Part shown: one piece after another, positions 22,590 to 32,242 of the stretch
Position numbering within the stretch: position 1 is the first letter of the stretch
How the letters are laid out: the number at the start of each line of letters is the position of its first letter
Source: an uncultured Desulfarculus sp.
Lineage (GTDB): Bacteria; Desulfobacterota; Desulfarculia; Desulfarculales; Desulfarculaceae
NCBI GenBank assembly: GCA_963665125.2
Contig: CAXXUK010000002.1
Location: forward strand, 864,001-928,000
DNA: 64,000 nt
Reading direction: 5' to 3'
Program-made: the position numbers and the translations under genes
Notes under the pieces: model-generated
What the model was told of the DNA's origin: nothing
The model's input: the letters and a program-made list of their open reading frames with translations, nothing else
Database searches by the model: none

Positions 22590-23546
22590 CTACTCCCGGG
22601 CCTCGGCGTCTTCATAAGCCTTGATTATGTCACGCACCAGCCTGTGGCGCACCACATCGCGCTTGCGGAAGTCTATGAAGGAAATGTCTTTTATGTCTTT
22701 GAGCAAGCGCCGGGCCTGGACAAGACCGGATTCCGTGCCCGAAGGCAGGTCCACTTGGGTGACGTCGCCGGTTATGACCGCCTTGGAGTCGAAGCCCAGC
22801 CGCGTAAGGAACATCTTCATCTGTTCGCTGGTGGCGTTTTGAGCTTCATCCAGGATCACGAACGACGAATTGAGCGTGCGGCCCCGCATGAACGCCAGGG
22901 GCGCCACCTCAATCACTCCCTTGCCCATTAATCTGCCGGCTTTATCAAAATCCATCATATCATGGAGAGCATCGTATAGGGGACGTAGATAAGGATTGAC
23001 TTTTTCAGCCAGGTCTCCCGGCAAAAATCCAAGCTTTTCGCCGGCTTCCACGGCTGGACGGCACAAGACGATGCGGTCGACCAAGCCTTTGCTCAGGTTT
23101 TCCACGGCCATGGCCATGGCCAGGTAGGTTTTGCCCGTACCGGCCGGACCGATGCCGAAGACGATATCAAAGCTGCGGATGGCCTCCAGATAGGCCTTTT
23201 GGGTCAGGCTCTTGGGCGTGATCAGGCGGTTTTTGCCGTGGATGAAGACCTGGTCCAGGAAGATGTCCTTGAGCTTGACGGTGGAATCGCCCGAGAGGAT
23301 GCGGATGGCAAAATCTATGTCCATCTCGTAGATCGGGTAGCCCTGCAGGACAAGCTCATATAGTTGTTCCAGGACCTGCCGGGCCAAAAGGGCGTCGTGG
23401 TCCGGGCCGCTTATGGTGACCACGCCGCCGCGGCTGCGGGCATTGACCTTCAGCGAATCCGCCAAAAGCCGCAGATGCACGTCGCGGCTGCCCAACAGGG
23501 TGCGGACTGCATCATGGTCTTCAAATGTCAGTTTGAATTCCGCCAT
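22590..23546 (-). CDS. phoH: PhoH-like ATPase
   Basis: [27 protein letters not shown] and DEAQN. Confidence 0.95.
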   Translation of the reverse strand: MAEFKLTFEDHDAVRTLLGSRDVHLRLLADSLKVNARSRGGVVTISGPDHDALLARQVLEQLYELVLQGYPIYEMDIDFAIRILSGDSTVKLKDIFLDQVFIHGKNRLITPKSLTQKAYLEAIRSFDIVFGIGPAGTGKTYLAMAMAVENLSKGLVDRIVLCRPAVEAGEKLGFLPGDLAEKVNPYLRPLYDALHDMMDFDKAGRLMGKGVIEVAPLAFMRGRTLNSSFVILDEAQNATSEQMKMFLTRLGFDSKAVITGDVTQVDLPSGTESGLVQARRLLKDIKDISFIDFRKRDVVRHRLVRDIIKAYEDAEARE

Positions 23547-23560
23547 GGTTATCGCGCTTG

Positions 23561-23986
23561 TTAGCCGAGGGATCCCAGCAGTTGGACGATGACGCGGCGC
23601 TGTCTGGGGCGATTGTCGAAATCGCAGACCACGATCTGCTGCCAGGTGCCCAGGGTAAGCCTTCCGTCATGGATGGGTATGGTCATAGACGGCCCCAGCA
23701 GTGCCGAACGCACGTGGCTGTAGCCGTTGCCGTCGCCCCAGCGGGCGTTGTGGGCGTAATGCCCTTCGGTGGGGGCCAGTTTTTGCAGCGCATCGCGCAG
23801 GTCCTGTAAGACGCCTGATTCGTATTCAATGGCCGTTACAGCCGCCGTGGAGCCGGGCGTAAACACGACGGCCACACCCTGGCGCATGCCGCTGTCGGCG
23901 ACGGCGCGGCCGACCCGGCCGGTTACGTCATGTATATCGGTTTCGGCGGTGCCGTCCAATTGAAACTCTGCAAAAAATGTGTCCAT
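23561..23986 (-). CDS. YjbQ/UPF0047 family protein
   Basis: [23 protein letters not shown] and [11 protein letters not shown]. Confidence 0.9.
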   Translation of the reverse strand: MDTFFAEFQLDGTAETDIHDVTGRVGRAVADSGMRQGVAVVFTPGSTAAVTAIEYESGVLQDLRDALQKLAPTEGHYAHNARWGDGNGYSHVRSALLGPSMTIPIHDGRLTLGTWQQIVVCDFDNRPRQRRVIVQLLGSLG

Positions 23987-24145
23987 TATGCCTTTTTTAC
24001 CACACGCCCCAAAGGCGGGCAACGGCGGACTGCATACTTGGAGTTGTTGTGGGTGTATAAAGATACGGAATAACTGCAATATAATGATGAATTCACATGT
24101 CTGGAGCTTGACATTGGTCAAGCCGCCGTGATAGGGAAATTGATT

Positions 24146-24709
24146 ATGGATGCTATGCCTAACATACTGGATATCGCCATAGTGGCTCTGTTGACTTTTT
24201 TCGTGGTCAAGGGATTTGTCCAAGGCCTGGTCAAGGAAGTCATGGGCCTCGTCGGCATCGTCGCCGCATTGTTTTTAAGCATGGCCTTTTACAAACCGGT
24301 GGCCGATCTGGCCCGCGTAAACTTGCATCTCAATGCCGACTGGGTTGACGCGGCCGCCTTTGCCTCGATTTTGCTGGTGGTCTTTGGCTTGTCCGTGTGG
24401 CTGGGCGTAATGATCTCCAAGCTTTTGGTCAAGGCCAAGCTTTCACCAATCAACCGCTTGCTGGGCGGCGGCCTGGGCCTGGCCAAAGGCGTTTTGCTGG
24501 CCTATGTCCTGCTGAACCTGCTTCTGCTGCTGATGCCCTTCAAACCGCCGGTGCAGTTGCAGTCGTCCTATGTCGCCCCGTATGTAATTCAGTCTGGCGC
24601 CGTCATCATCAGCCTGGTGCCCGACGATCTCATCCGTGATCTGCAAAAACGCAGCGGCTGGACCAATGATGAGCCTCAGCCCGCGGAAAGCCCTCGCAAG
24701 GAACAATAA
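24146..24709 (+). CDS. cvpA: CvpA (colicin V production) family membrane protein
   Basis: LDIAIV..GFVQGLVKE, NRLLGGGLGLAKG and four TM segments. Confidence 0.85.
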   Translation: MDAMPNILDIAIVALLTFFVVKGFVQGLVKEVMGLVGIVAALFLSMAFYKPVADLARVNLHLNADWVDAAAFASILLVVFGLSVWLGVMISKLLVKAKLSPINRLLGGGLGLAKGVLLAYVLLNLLLLLMPFKPPVQLQSSYVAPYVIQSGAVIISLVPDDLIRDLQKRSGWTNDEPQPAESPRKEQ

Positions 24710-24710
24710 A

Positions 24711-25529
24711 TTGACAAATACCGATGATCGCGCGAGGCGGGCCGGAGAGGCCTTCGCCCGCTTGACGCAATTGGCCGCCCGCCTGCGGGCCCCCGACGGC
24801 TGTCCCTGGGACCGGGAACAGACCGTGGCCAGTTCCACGCCGTATATTTTGGAAGAGGCCTACGAGGCCGTGGACGCCCTGGAGGCCAGGGACTGGGACG
24901 AAGCCAGGGAGGAACTGGGAGACCTGTTGTTTCAGGTGGTGTTTCAGGCCCAGATCGCTGTAGACAAAAATCGTTTTGATGCGTCTGAAGTAATAGAGGC
25001 CGTAGAGGCCAAGATGATCCGGCGGCACCCCCACGTGTTTGGCGACGCCAAGGCCGAAACGGCCGATGAGGTGCTCAAACGCTGGGGTGAAATAAAAAGA
25101 GACGAACGCGGCGGCCGGGTTGGGCTCTTGCGGAGCGTGCCCAAATCCACCGCGGCTCTGACCAGGGCTCAGCGGCTGGGTAAAAAGGCCGCCAATGTGG
25201 GTTTTGATTGGCCCGACGCCGCCGGGGTGATGCAAAAGATTTGCGAAGAGGTGAACGAACTTGAGGCCGCCAGAGACCATGCCGAGGCTGAACGTGAATT
25301 GGGCGACCTGCTGTTTGCCCTGGCCCAATGGGCACGGCACCGCAAACTGGACTCTGAATCGGCCCTGCGCCGGGCCTGCTCCCGCTTTCAGAGCCGCTTT
25401 GAATGCATGGAGACCATGGCCGATTGCGCCGAAACGGACTTGTCCCAGCTTGACATGGAGCAGTTGGACAATCTCTGGGAAGAGGCCAAGGACCGGGAAA
25501 AGCTCGGTAAAGGCTGCGGAAACAAATGA
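24711..25529 (+). CDS. mazG: Nucleoside triphosphate pyrophosphohydrolase MazG
   Basis: GCPWDREQT, EELGDLL, RRHPHVF and VGFDW. TTG start inferred. Confidence 0.93.
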   Translation: MTNTDDRARRAGEAFARLTQLAARLRAPDGCPWDREQTVASSTPYILEEAYEAVDALEARDWDEAREELGDLLFQVVFQAQIAVDKNRFDASEVIEAVEAKMIRRHPHVFGDAKAETADEVLKRWGEIKRDERGGRVGLLRSVPKSTAALTRAQRLGKKAANVGFDWPDAAGVMQKICEEVNELEAARDHAEAERELGDLLFALAQWARHRKLDSESALRRACSRFQSRFECMETMADCAETDLSQLDMEQLDNLWEEAKDREKLGKGCGNK

Positions 25530-25560
25530 TTTTGTGAATAAAAACCATGCGGGATTGACC

Positions 25561-25620
25561 TTGACAACGTGCCCCATGCTGCATTATAAATGCGGCTATC
25601 GATCGTGAAGTATTTCGCTA
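25561..25620 (+). promoter_or_regulatory. Sigma70-like promoter and Rex-like operator upstream of cytochrome c3
   Basis: TTGACA at 25561 with a TATAAA-like -10, and TCGTGAA-GTAT-TTCGCTA at 25603-25620 resembling TTGTGAA-N4-TTCACAA. Confidence 0.5.
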
Positions 25621-25654
25621 TTTAGCCGCCCTTGGGCGGGGAGGGAAAAGAGAT

Positions 25655-26071
25655 ATGAAAAAGGGTCTGATCGCTACCATCACAGTCGTCGCTTTTGTGG
25701 CGGTGGCCATGATTTTCTCCACGGCCATGGTGCAACAGGCCAGTGCGGCAGCGCCGGCGGCCGACGCTCCTGACACCGTTGAGATTCACAGCTCGGTCTA
25801 TACCAAGTATAAGCAGGGCCCCGTGGAGTTCAGCCACAAGGAGCACAGCGAGACCTACAAGGTTAAGTGCGCCCAGTGCCACCACACCTGGAAGGAAGGC
25901 GAGCCGGTCAAGAAGTGCGAAGATTGCCACAAGGAAAAGAAGGAAGGCAAGACTCCCAAGCTTGAGAAGGCGTTCCACGACAACTGCAAGGACTGCCATA
26001 AGGCCTACAACAAGGCCCAGGGCAGCAAGGACGCCCCCACCGCTTGCAAGGACTGCCACGCCAAGAAGTAG
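25655..26071 (+). CDS. Periplasmic tetraheme cytochrome c3 (class III)
   Basis: Signal peptide, FSHKEH, four CxxCH motifs (CAQCHH, CEDCH, CKDCH, CKDCH) and AFH. Confidence 0.93.
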   Translation: MKKGLIATITVVAFVAVAMIFSTAMVQQASAAAPAADAPDTVEIHSSVYTKYKQGPVEFSHKEHSETYKVKCAQCHHTWKEGEPVKKCEDCHKEKKEGKTPKLEKAFHDNCKDCHKAYNKAQGSKDAPTACKDCHAKK

Positions 26072-26094
26072 TTTCAATAGCTTATAGCGCGTCA

Positions 26095-26186
26095 AAAGGC
26101 CGGTCCGTTTGGGCCGGCCTTTAATTTTGTCATGTTGCAAAGGCAAATACAAAAAGCCCCGAACGCGTTAAGCGATCGAGGCCTTC
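26095..26186. terminator. Convergent terminators for cytochrome c3 (+) and ferredoxin (-)
   Basis: AAAGGCCGGTCC-GTTT-GGGCCGGCCTTT, and a second hairpin with an A-tract starting at 26151. Confidence 0.65.
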
Positions 26187-26205
26187 TGTGCAATCTTGCT
26201 GGAGC

Positions 26206-26394
26206 TTAGACTTCGGTAACCGTAATGGCGTCCTGCTCACAGACTTCTATGCAGCTTTCGCAGCCCAGGCACTCTTCCTCGTTCACGGGAACGGCCTTGC
26301 CATCCTGCATTTCGTAGACGTCCACGGGGCAGACTTCCACGCATTCTTCATCGCCAATGCATTTGTCAGCGTCGACAACAACCTGGAAACCCAT
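26206..26394 (-). CDS. Small [4Fe-4S] ferredoxin of the sulfate-reducer type
   Basis: CIGDEECVEVCP and CLGCESCIEVC motifs; GGAGG RBS. Confidence 0.92.
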   Translation of the reverse strand: MGFQVVVDADKCIGDEECVEVCPVDVYEMQDGKAVPVNEEECLGCESCIEVCEQDAITVTEV

Positions 26395-26671
26395 CTGTTC
26401 CTCCTTTGAACCAGAGTTAAAACCGGGCTGGGCCCGATGTTTTCCCTTAGGTGCTACCGGGCCTGCCGTCCAGGTCCGGTGGGTTAGTGACTATAGCAAA
26501 ATAGCCGCAGCAGCAATTTTGTCAAGCTAAAGTTTAAGCTCGTTTTACGGTGAAGCCGCAGGGCATATCTCTCATTAACGGGCTGATGGCGTTTGGTCAA
26601 GTGCCTTTTCGCACTTTTTGAAATATTGTTGCGATAAGGGCTTGGATGGCTCGGAAAAGCATATTGCCGGG

Positions 26672-27316
26672 CTATGATACGCCTAGTTTTTCAAGCAGTT
26701 CCGGATGCACCGGATAACCAAGCTCCTTGGCCCGCAACGCGGATTTTGCCGCCGCGTCTGTGTGGCCCAGCTCCAACAGAGCCACGGCGCGGTTGTTGTG
26801 GGCCATGGCGAACTGGTCATTGATATCCAACGCCTGGCCGGCGGCCGCTTCGGCCTCTTCAAAGTCGCCCTTGCGAATCATCAACGTGGACAGGTTGGTC
26901 AGGGCGTCGGGCATCTGCGGGTTTTCGGACAGGGCCCGGCGCAATTCGCGCTCGGCCTCGTCCAAACGGTCCTTTTGCATGTAGGCCACGGCCAAATTGG
27001 CCCGGACGGCCGGAATATCCCAGGCGGTCAGGGCGCTGGTAAAGGTGCGCAGGGCAAGATCCGCTTCGCCTCTGGCAAGATAAATGCCTCCCAAGTTGAG
27101 CATGCTCTCCAGATGCTTGGGTGAATCCCTGAGCACCATCTGAAATTGCTCGATGGCTTCGTCGAGGCGGTCGTCGTGGGCCAGGGCAACGCCTAGATTG
27201 TAACGGATGTGCCAGGCGCCAGGCTCGGCTTCCAAGTATTGTTGAAGCCGGTCAATCAGCCCTTCACGATGAAAATCGTCATCGGGAATGCCGCTTACGT
27301 TGGTGATTGTGGCCAT
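26672..27316 (-). CDS. Tetratricopeptide repeat protein downstream of dsrD
   Basis: Repeated TPR signatures (YNLGVAL, LNLGGIY, ANLAVAY, HNNRAVAL). Confidence 0.85.
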   Translation of the reverse strand: MATITNVSGIPDDDFHREGLIDRLQQYLEAEPGAWHIRYNLGVALAHDDRLDEAIEQFQMVLRDSPKHLESMLNLGGIYLARGEADLALRTFTSALTAWDIPAVRANLAVAYMQKDRLDEAERELRRALSENPQMPDALTNLSTLMIRKGDFEEAEAAAGQALDINDQFAMAHNNRAVALLELGHTDAAAKSALRAKELGYPVHPELLEKLGVS

Positions 27317-27447
27317 GGGGTCCTCTGATGTGGAATTTTGACTTTATGCGCCAACGGGAATTTTATTGGGCGTGGCGAAAATAAACCTCCGCTAAGGTGC
27401 GGCCGCACCCTGCGGAGGATAATTACTTAGCCTTAGGCGCGGTTGGC

Positions 27448-27681
27448 TTACTGCTCACCATCGGCGACGTGCTCATTGCCGGGCAGGTCGAAATAAGTGG
27501 TGGAGCCGCTGGACCAGTAAACCAGGGTACCCTCGGTGATCATCTCGGTGGTAGCCTTCTTCAGAGGTTTCTTCTCCACGGTATCATCAAGCTTCTGGAC
27601 TTCTTTTAACAGGTCCTTCATCATCATGCGCTTCTTCTTTTTGTTCATGACGTCGAGGACGAGCTCTTTCAAGTCAGCCAT
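27448..27681 (-). CDS. dsrD: Dissimilatory sulfite reductase D protein
   Basis: 77 aa, Lys-rich, with the DsrD hallmark LVYWSSGSTT; AAGGAG RBS. Confidence 0.9.
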   Translation of the reverse strand: MADLKELVLDVMNKKKKRMMMKDLLKEVQKLDDTVEKKPLKKATTEMITEGTLVYWSSGSTTYFDLPGNEHVADGEQ

Positions 27682-27725
27682 TTTATTATCTCCTTCGCTT
27701 TGCGGTATTTTTCTCAATGTGCAAC

Positions 27726-27754
27726 AACATATCGCCTGGCCGTCCCGGTGTCAA
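27726..27754 (-). promoter_or_regulatory. Sigma70-like promoter for dsrD
   Basis: TTGACA-17 nt-TATGTT, overlapping the dsrN stop codon. Confidence 0.6.
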
Positions 27755-29154
27755 GAATTTACTTGCCCGGCGGCGGCTACCAGGGCCGGCGCCCACTGGG
27801 GTAAACCCAAGGCGTGAACATGATGATACGTGCCCATTACCCGTTTGTATATCAGCCCGCCCATGCCGTTTTGAATGCCCCGGCCCCGCAGGACCTCATA
27901 GGCGAAATCAAGGCGGCTGTCGGCCAACGGACGGGGCAGGGAGTAATGGAATTCGTGGGCCTGAAACTCGGTTCCCACGGGCAGATATGGGTTGGGGGCG
28001 ACCACACGGCAATGCGAATAGCCATGCCCCTGGGGCTTGGGTTGCATCTCAAAGTCGACGGGGAAAACACCGGCCATGGGATGGTTTTGGCCGTCGACGG
28101 TGAGGCTGCGGCCCAGGAACATCAAACCACCGCATTCGGCGTATATGGGCATGCCCCTGTCGGCGGCGTCACGGACGCTTTGCCGGAAAGACTGGTTGGC
28201 GGCCAGTTGTCCGGCATGAGTTTCGGGAAAGCCTCCGCCGATATACAGGGCATCGACGTCCGGCAGTTTCTCGTCGGTGAGGGCCGAACAAAAAACAAGC
28301 TCTCCACCATGGTTTTGCAGGGCTTCAAGGTTCTCCGGGTAATAGAAGCCAAAGGCGGCGTCGCGAATGACGCCTATGCGCGGACCGCCGGAGGACGGAG
28401 GCTGCTCAGGAAAAAGACCCTCCGGCAGCGGCTGGGCGGCCAGGGGCGGCGCCGAGCACATCACCTCCCATAGCTTGTCCATGTCCACATGTGCGGACAC
28501 CAGTTGGGCTACGTTGGTCAGGGCATTGGTGACTTTGTGGTGTTCCTGGGGTGGCACCAGGCCCATATGGCGCTCTGGCATCTCCAAGCTCAGGCGAGGC
28601 ACGGCTCCCAGCACCTTTATATCGGTGTACTGCTCGATGCTGGCCCTGATGACCTTTTCCTGGCGTGCGGTGCCAACAGGGTTGAGCACCACTCCGGCGA
28701 GATTCAACTGTGGGTCGAAGTTTCTCATACCCAGGGCTATGGCCGCCACGGTGCGCGAAGCCATGGCGCAATTGAGCACCATTACAACCGGGGCCTGGAT
28801 AAGCTTGGCCAACTCTGCGGTGGAATAGGTGCCCTGGGCGTTTTTACCGTCATACAGACCGCGGTTGCCCTCGACAACGGCGCATTCAAAGCCTTGGCTA
28901 TGATGATAAAACGATTTCTGAACCTGGGCGCTGCCCATCATATATGGGTCCAGGTTGCGGCAGGGAGACCCCGCGGCTTCGGAGTGCCAAAACGGGTCTA
29001 TGTAATCCGGGCCTTTTTTAAAAGGAGCCACCTTTAGGCCCCTCTCGTGCAGAGCCTGGATCAACCCCAAGGCCAGAGTGGTCTTGCCCGACCCTCCGCG
29101 AACCGCGGCCACAACCAAACGCGGCAGGTTCAGTTGGTGATTGGCTTGGGCCAT
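27751..29154 (-). CDS. dsrN: Cobyrinate a,c-diamide synthase family protein (putative siroheme amidase DsrN)
   Basis: GGSGKTT, FKKGPDYIDP, PERHMGL, FYYPENLE, YAECGGLM and HEFHYS; located in the dsr cluster. Confidence 0.85.
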   Translation of the reverse strand: MAQANHQLNLPRLVVAAVRGGSGKTTLALGLIQALHERGLKVAPFKKGPDYIDPFWHSEAAGSPCRNLDPYMMGSAQVQKSFYHHSQGFECAVVEGNRGLYDGKNAQGTYSTAELAKLIQAPVVMVLNCAMASRTVAAIALGMRNFDPQLNLAGVVLNPVGTARQEKVIRASIEQYTDIKVLGAVPRLSLEMPERHMGLVPPQEHHKVTNALTNVAQLVSAHVDMDKLWEVMCSAPPLAAQPLPEGLFPEQPPSSGGPRIGVIRDAAFGFYYPENLEALQNHGGELVFCSALTDEKLPDVDALYIGGGFPETHAGQLAANQSFRQSVRDAADRGMPIYAECGGLMFLGRSLTVDGQNHPMAGVFPVDFEMQPKPQGHGYSHCRVVAPNPYLPVGTEFQAHEFHYSLPRPLADSRLDFAYEVLRGRGIQNGMGGLIYKRVMGTYHHVHALGLPQWAPALVAAAGQVNS

Positions 29155-29170
29155 TTTGCCGTGATCCCTC

Positions 29171-29215
29171 AAAAAAGACGCTACCCGGAGCCGGTTAAGG
29201 CCCCGGGCAGCGGTT
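29171..29215 (-). terminator. Intrinsic terminator between dsrB and dsrN
   Basis: CGCTGCCCGGGGCC-TTAACC-GGCTCCGGGTAGCG followed by TCTTTTTT on the minus strand. Confidence 0.75.
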
Positions 29216-29254
29216 TTAAGCATATCTCAAAAAGAGATCAGCTTAAGTCGGCTA

Positions 29255-30337
29255 CTACCACTTGAACTGAGTGGTGTTGCGCCACGTGGTGGCGGCAAAG
29301 CGGTAGTCGTCGATGTGGCGCTTGGTGAACTCGAAGCCGGTAATGTCGAAGAACCGCTCCCAACCAATGCGCTGGATCCATTCGCCGATACGCTCGTAAC
29401 GCTTGGCGCCGGCGGCGTAGGCTTCGACGATGGTGGTGATGGCCTTGACCGTGCTGTCCCAGCGAGGAGGCTCGTTGGGAATGTAGGGGATGGCCAGCTT
29501 GGAGAACATCGGCGGGCACTTGCTGTTGGAGACCTTGCCGCCTACCCAAATGGCGATGCCGTCACCGTCGGCGTCGGCCAAAGGCATGGCCGGGCACATG
29601 GTGTAGCAGTTACCGCAGTACATGCAGCGGTCGGCGTTAACGGCGACGGACTTGAAGTCGTCGACCTTGGCCGGCTTGATGGCTGCGGTGGGGCAGCTGG
29701 CGATGGTGGTCGGGATTTCGCACATCTTGTCGAGGTGCGAGTGCTCGATCACCGGAGGCTTGCGGTGCACGCCCAGGATAGCGATATCGGAGCAGTGCAC
29801 GGCGCCGCACATGTTCAGGCAGCAGGCCAGGGCGATACGGACCTGGGCCGGCAGCTTCATCGACTGATAGTAGTCGAACAGGGCGTCCATGACGGCCTTG
29901 ACCGGACCGGAGGCGTCGATAGCCGGGGTGTGGCAGTGGACCCAACCCTGGGTATGGACGATGTTGGTCACGGAGTGGCCGGTGCCGCCATAAGGCAGGG
30001 TGCCGTTGGCGTTGATGGCCTTCTTCAGACCCTCAAGCTTGGTTTTGTCGGTGACCATGAACTCGATGTTGTTGCGGGTGGTGAACCGGAAGGCACCATC
30101 GCAGAATTCGTCGGCGAGCTTGCAGAAGTCTTCCAGCTGCAAGGTGGTCATCAAACGGGTACCGGCGCAACGCACGGTATAAAGTTCAGCCCCGGTTTCG
30201 GATTTGTGCATCAACACGCCGGGTTCAAGAATCTCATGGTACAACCACTTGCCGTAGTTGTCTTTGATGTAATCGGGCCACATCTCGTCATATTTAGGCG
30301 GTCCGATGTCGGTAATACGGTTGGCTACATCTGCCAT
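29255..30337 (-). CDS. dsrB: Dissimilatory sulfite reductase beta subunit
   Basis: [31 protein letters not shown] and [12 protein letters not shown]. Confidence 0.98.
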   Translation of the reverse strand: MADVANRITDIGPPKYDEMWPDYIKDNYGKWLYHEILEPGVLMHKSETGAELYTVRCAGTRLMTTLQLEDFCKLADEFCDGAFRFTTRNNIEFMVTDKTKLEGLKKAINANGTLPYGGTGHSVTNIVHTQGWVHCHTPAIDASGPVKAVMDALFDYYQSMKLPAQVRIALACCLNMCGAVHCSDIAILGVHRKPPVIEHSHLDKMCEIPTTIASCPTAAIKPAKVDDFKSVAVNADRCMYCGNCYTMCPAMPLADADGDGIAIWVGGKVSNSKCPPMFSKLAIPYIPNEPPRWDSTVKAITTIVEAYAAGAKRYERIGEWIQRIGWERFFDITGFEFTKRHIDDYRFAATTWRNTTQFKW

Positions 30338-30382
30338 TTTGTAGAACCTCCTTAAGTTCCGAAAGGCATCAGCTCGCTTAAA

Positions 30383-31654
30383 TTAGCGGGCGTGCTTTTT
30401 ACGATAGTCGGCGATATCGCGATCAAAGCCGCCGGGGACCTCGTCAGCAGCGTAGAAGAAATACGGGTTGGACCGAGGTTCCTTTACCATCTGCGGGATG
30501 GGATCGAGTTCGACGGCCTCAATGAAGGACTGCAGGCCGAGGCGCTGGATTAATTCACCAATGCGCTCGCGGTTCTTGCCGTTTTCATCCCACCAATCCC
30601 ACATCTTCTCGACGAATTCCTTGAACTCTTCGTAATCGTCTTCCATCTTGATGAAGGGGATAATGACGGAACTGAGCTGAGCGCCCTCGAGGATCGGGGC
30701 CTTGGCGCCGATGAGGATGGTGGCGCCGTTGTCAACACCGGGCCGCAGAGCGCGCGGCATCAAGTTGATGCAGTGCATGCAGCGGGTGCATTCCTTGTCG
30801 TTGATGACCAGCTTTTTGCCTTCCAGGGCCATGCAGCCGGTGGGGCAGAGGTCGACAACGTCAGCCTGGACGTCGAGTTTGACGTCGGGGCCCATGGCGC
30901 CGCCGCGGGCCGGGATCTCGCCACCGATATAGGCGGCAACGGCTTCTTGGTCGATGCGGATGTTGTCGCGCCAGGTACCGATGATGGAGCAGTCGGAACG
31001 GGCGATGGAGGCCACGCAGTCGTTGGGGCAGCCGCTGATCTTGAATTTGAACTTATAGGGCCAGGCCGGACGGTGCATTTCGTCCTGGAATGTCTGGGTC
31101 AGGTTGTAGCAAATGTCCTGAGTGTTGAGGCAGGACCATTCGCAACGAGCCTTGCCCAAGCAGCAGGCCGGGGTGCGCAGAGCGGAACCGGAGCCGCCGA
31201 GGTCCCAGTCCTTCTGGGTCAGTTCGGCGAAGATGGGCTCGAGCTCTTCGGTAAAGGCGCCCAAAAGGACCATGTCGCCGGTGGAGCCGTGCATGTTGAG
31301 CATGCCGGAGCCGCGGCGATTCCAGATGTCCATGATCTCGCGAATGCGCTCGGTCTTGTAGAACTTGGAAGCGGGCTGGTTTACACGCAGGGTGTGGAAG
31401 TGCTCGACGCCGGGGAACAGGTCGGGAACGTCGGAATAACGGCCGATAACGCCGCCGCCATAGCCCAGAACGCCCACGATGCCGCCATGCTTCCAGTGGC
31501 CCTCTTTCTCTTTGTAGGAGAGCTCGAGCTGGCCGAGAAGGTCCGCGCAAGCGTCCTTGCCCGCTTCCGCCATCCTTTTGATGTCGGTAACGAAGCTAGG
31601 CCAAGGCCCCTTCTCCAGCTCATCCAGCATCGGAGTCGGATGCTTGATAGCCAT
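30383..31654 (-). CDS. dsrA: Dissimilatory sulfite reductase alpha subunit
   Basis: LEKGPWPSFV, HWKHGGIVGV, CLGKARC..GCPNDC siroheme motif and CTRCMHCIN. Confidence 0.98.
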   Translation of the reverse strand: MAIKHPTPMLDELEKGPWPSFVTDIKRMAEAGKDACADLLGQLELSYKEKEGHWKHGGIVGVLGYGGGVIGRYSDVPDLFPGVEHFHTLRVNQPASKFYKTERIREIMDIWNRRGSGMLNMHGSTGDMVLLGAFTEELEPIFAELTQKDWDLGGSGSALRTPACCLGKARCEWSCLNTQDICYNLTQTFQDEMHRPAWPYKFKFKISGCPNDCVASIARSDCSIIGTWRDNIRIDQEAVAAYIGGEIPARGGAMGPDVKLDVQADVVDLCPTGCMALEGKKLVINDKECTRCMHCINLMPRALRPGVDNGATILIGAKAPILEGAQLSSVIIPFIKMEDDYEEFKEFVEKMWDWWDENGKNRERIGELIQRLGLQSFIEAVELDPIPQMVKEPRSNPYFFYAADEVPGGFDRDIADYRKKHAR

Positions 31655-31864
31655 TGAATTAATCCTCCGTAAATGTTGCTGACTTTTTGCGAGTCTTGCT
31701 TTGGGGTAGCCACCCAGCGGCCTCCCGCAAACCACGCGTTCAACCCATCAATTGACCCACTCCTCTCCCCGCAACTTGAAATAATTTCGGGAAAGGCTGT
31801 TTCAAAATGGGCTAACTGTCTGTTTTTTCAGCAGGGAATCGTATTTTCCCGGCTTTAATGATAG

Positions 31865-31898
31865 TTGTGAGTATAGGAACAACCATACTTGGTGTCAA
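31865..31898 (-). promoter_or_regulatory. dsrAB sigma70 promoter with an overlapping Rex-like site
   Basis: TTGACA-17 nt-TATACT (31898-31870). TTGTGA-GTATAG-GAACAA (31865-31882) overlaps the -10. Confidence 0.65.
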
Positions 31899-31972
31899 CC
31901 AAAAAACATCGAACCTTGCGACTAACGGAACTTGAACGTAAAATATCATCCACAGCTTAGGGAGCCCAAACA

Positions 31973-32242
31973 ATGATAGAAACCGGTGATCCAACCATCA
32001 GGCCAAACTTCGAACGTCTAAAGGCTATTATCAAAGCTCACGGCGTGGAACAATGGACCGAGGGCAAGGCGGACGAGCCTTCCGTCGACTCGCTTGTATA
32101 TCTGTGTAAATTTGCGTTTTTCACCGCGATTTTGACCAAGGGACAGATTGGTGAAATCCTAAAGACCGATCGACCCGAATTGAGAAAGCTGGTCAAATCC
32201 TGGTACGACTCCCACAGGGAAAGAGGCTGCGGCACCTGTTAG
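31973..32242 (+). CDS. Small hypothetical protein divergent from dsrA, with a C-terminal CxxC
   Basis: GGGAG RBS; 89 aa ending in GCGTC-stop. Confidence 0.75.
   Translation: MIETGDPTIRPNFERLKAIIKAHGVEQWTEGKADEPSVDSLVYLCKFAFFTAILTKGQIGEILKTDRPELRKLVKSWYDSHRERGCGTC

Noticed and set aside
27751..29154. cobB/cbiA as part of a cobalamin biosynthesis operon
   Set aside because: No other cob/cbi genes are nearby, and its position inside the dsr cluster fits dsrN.
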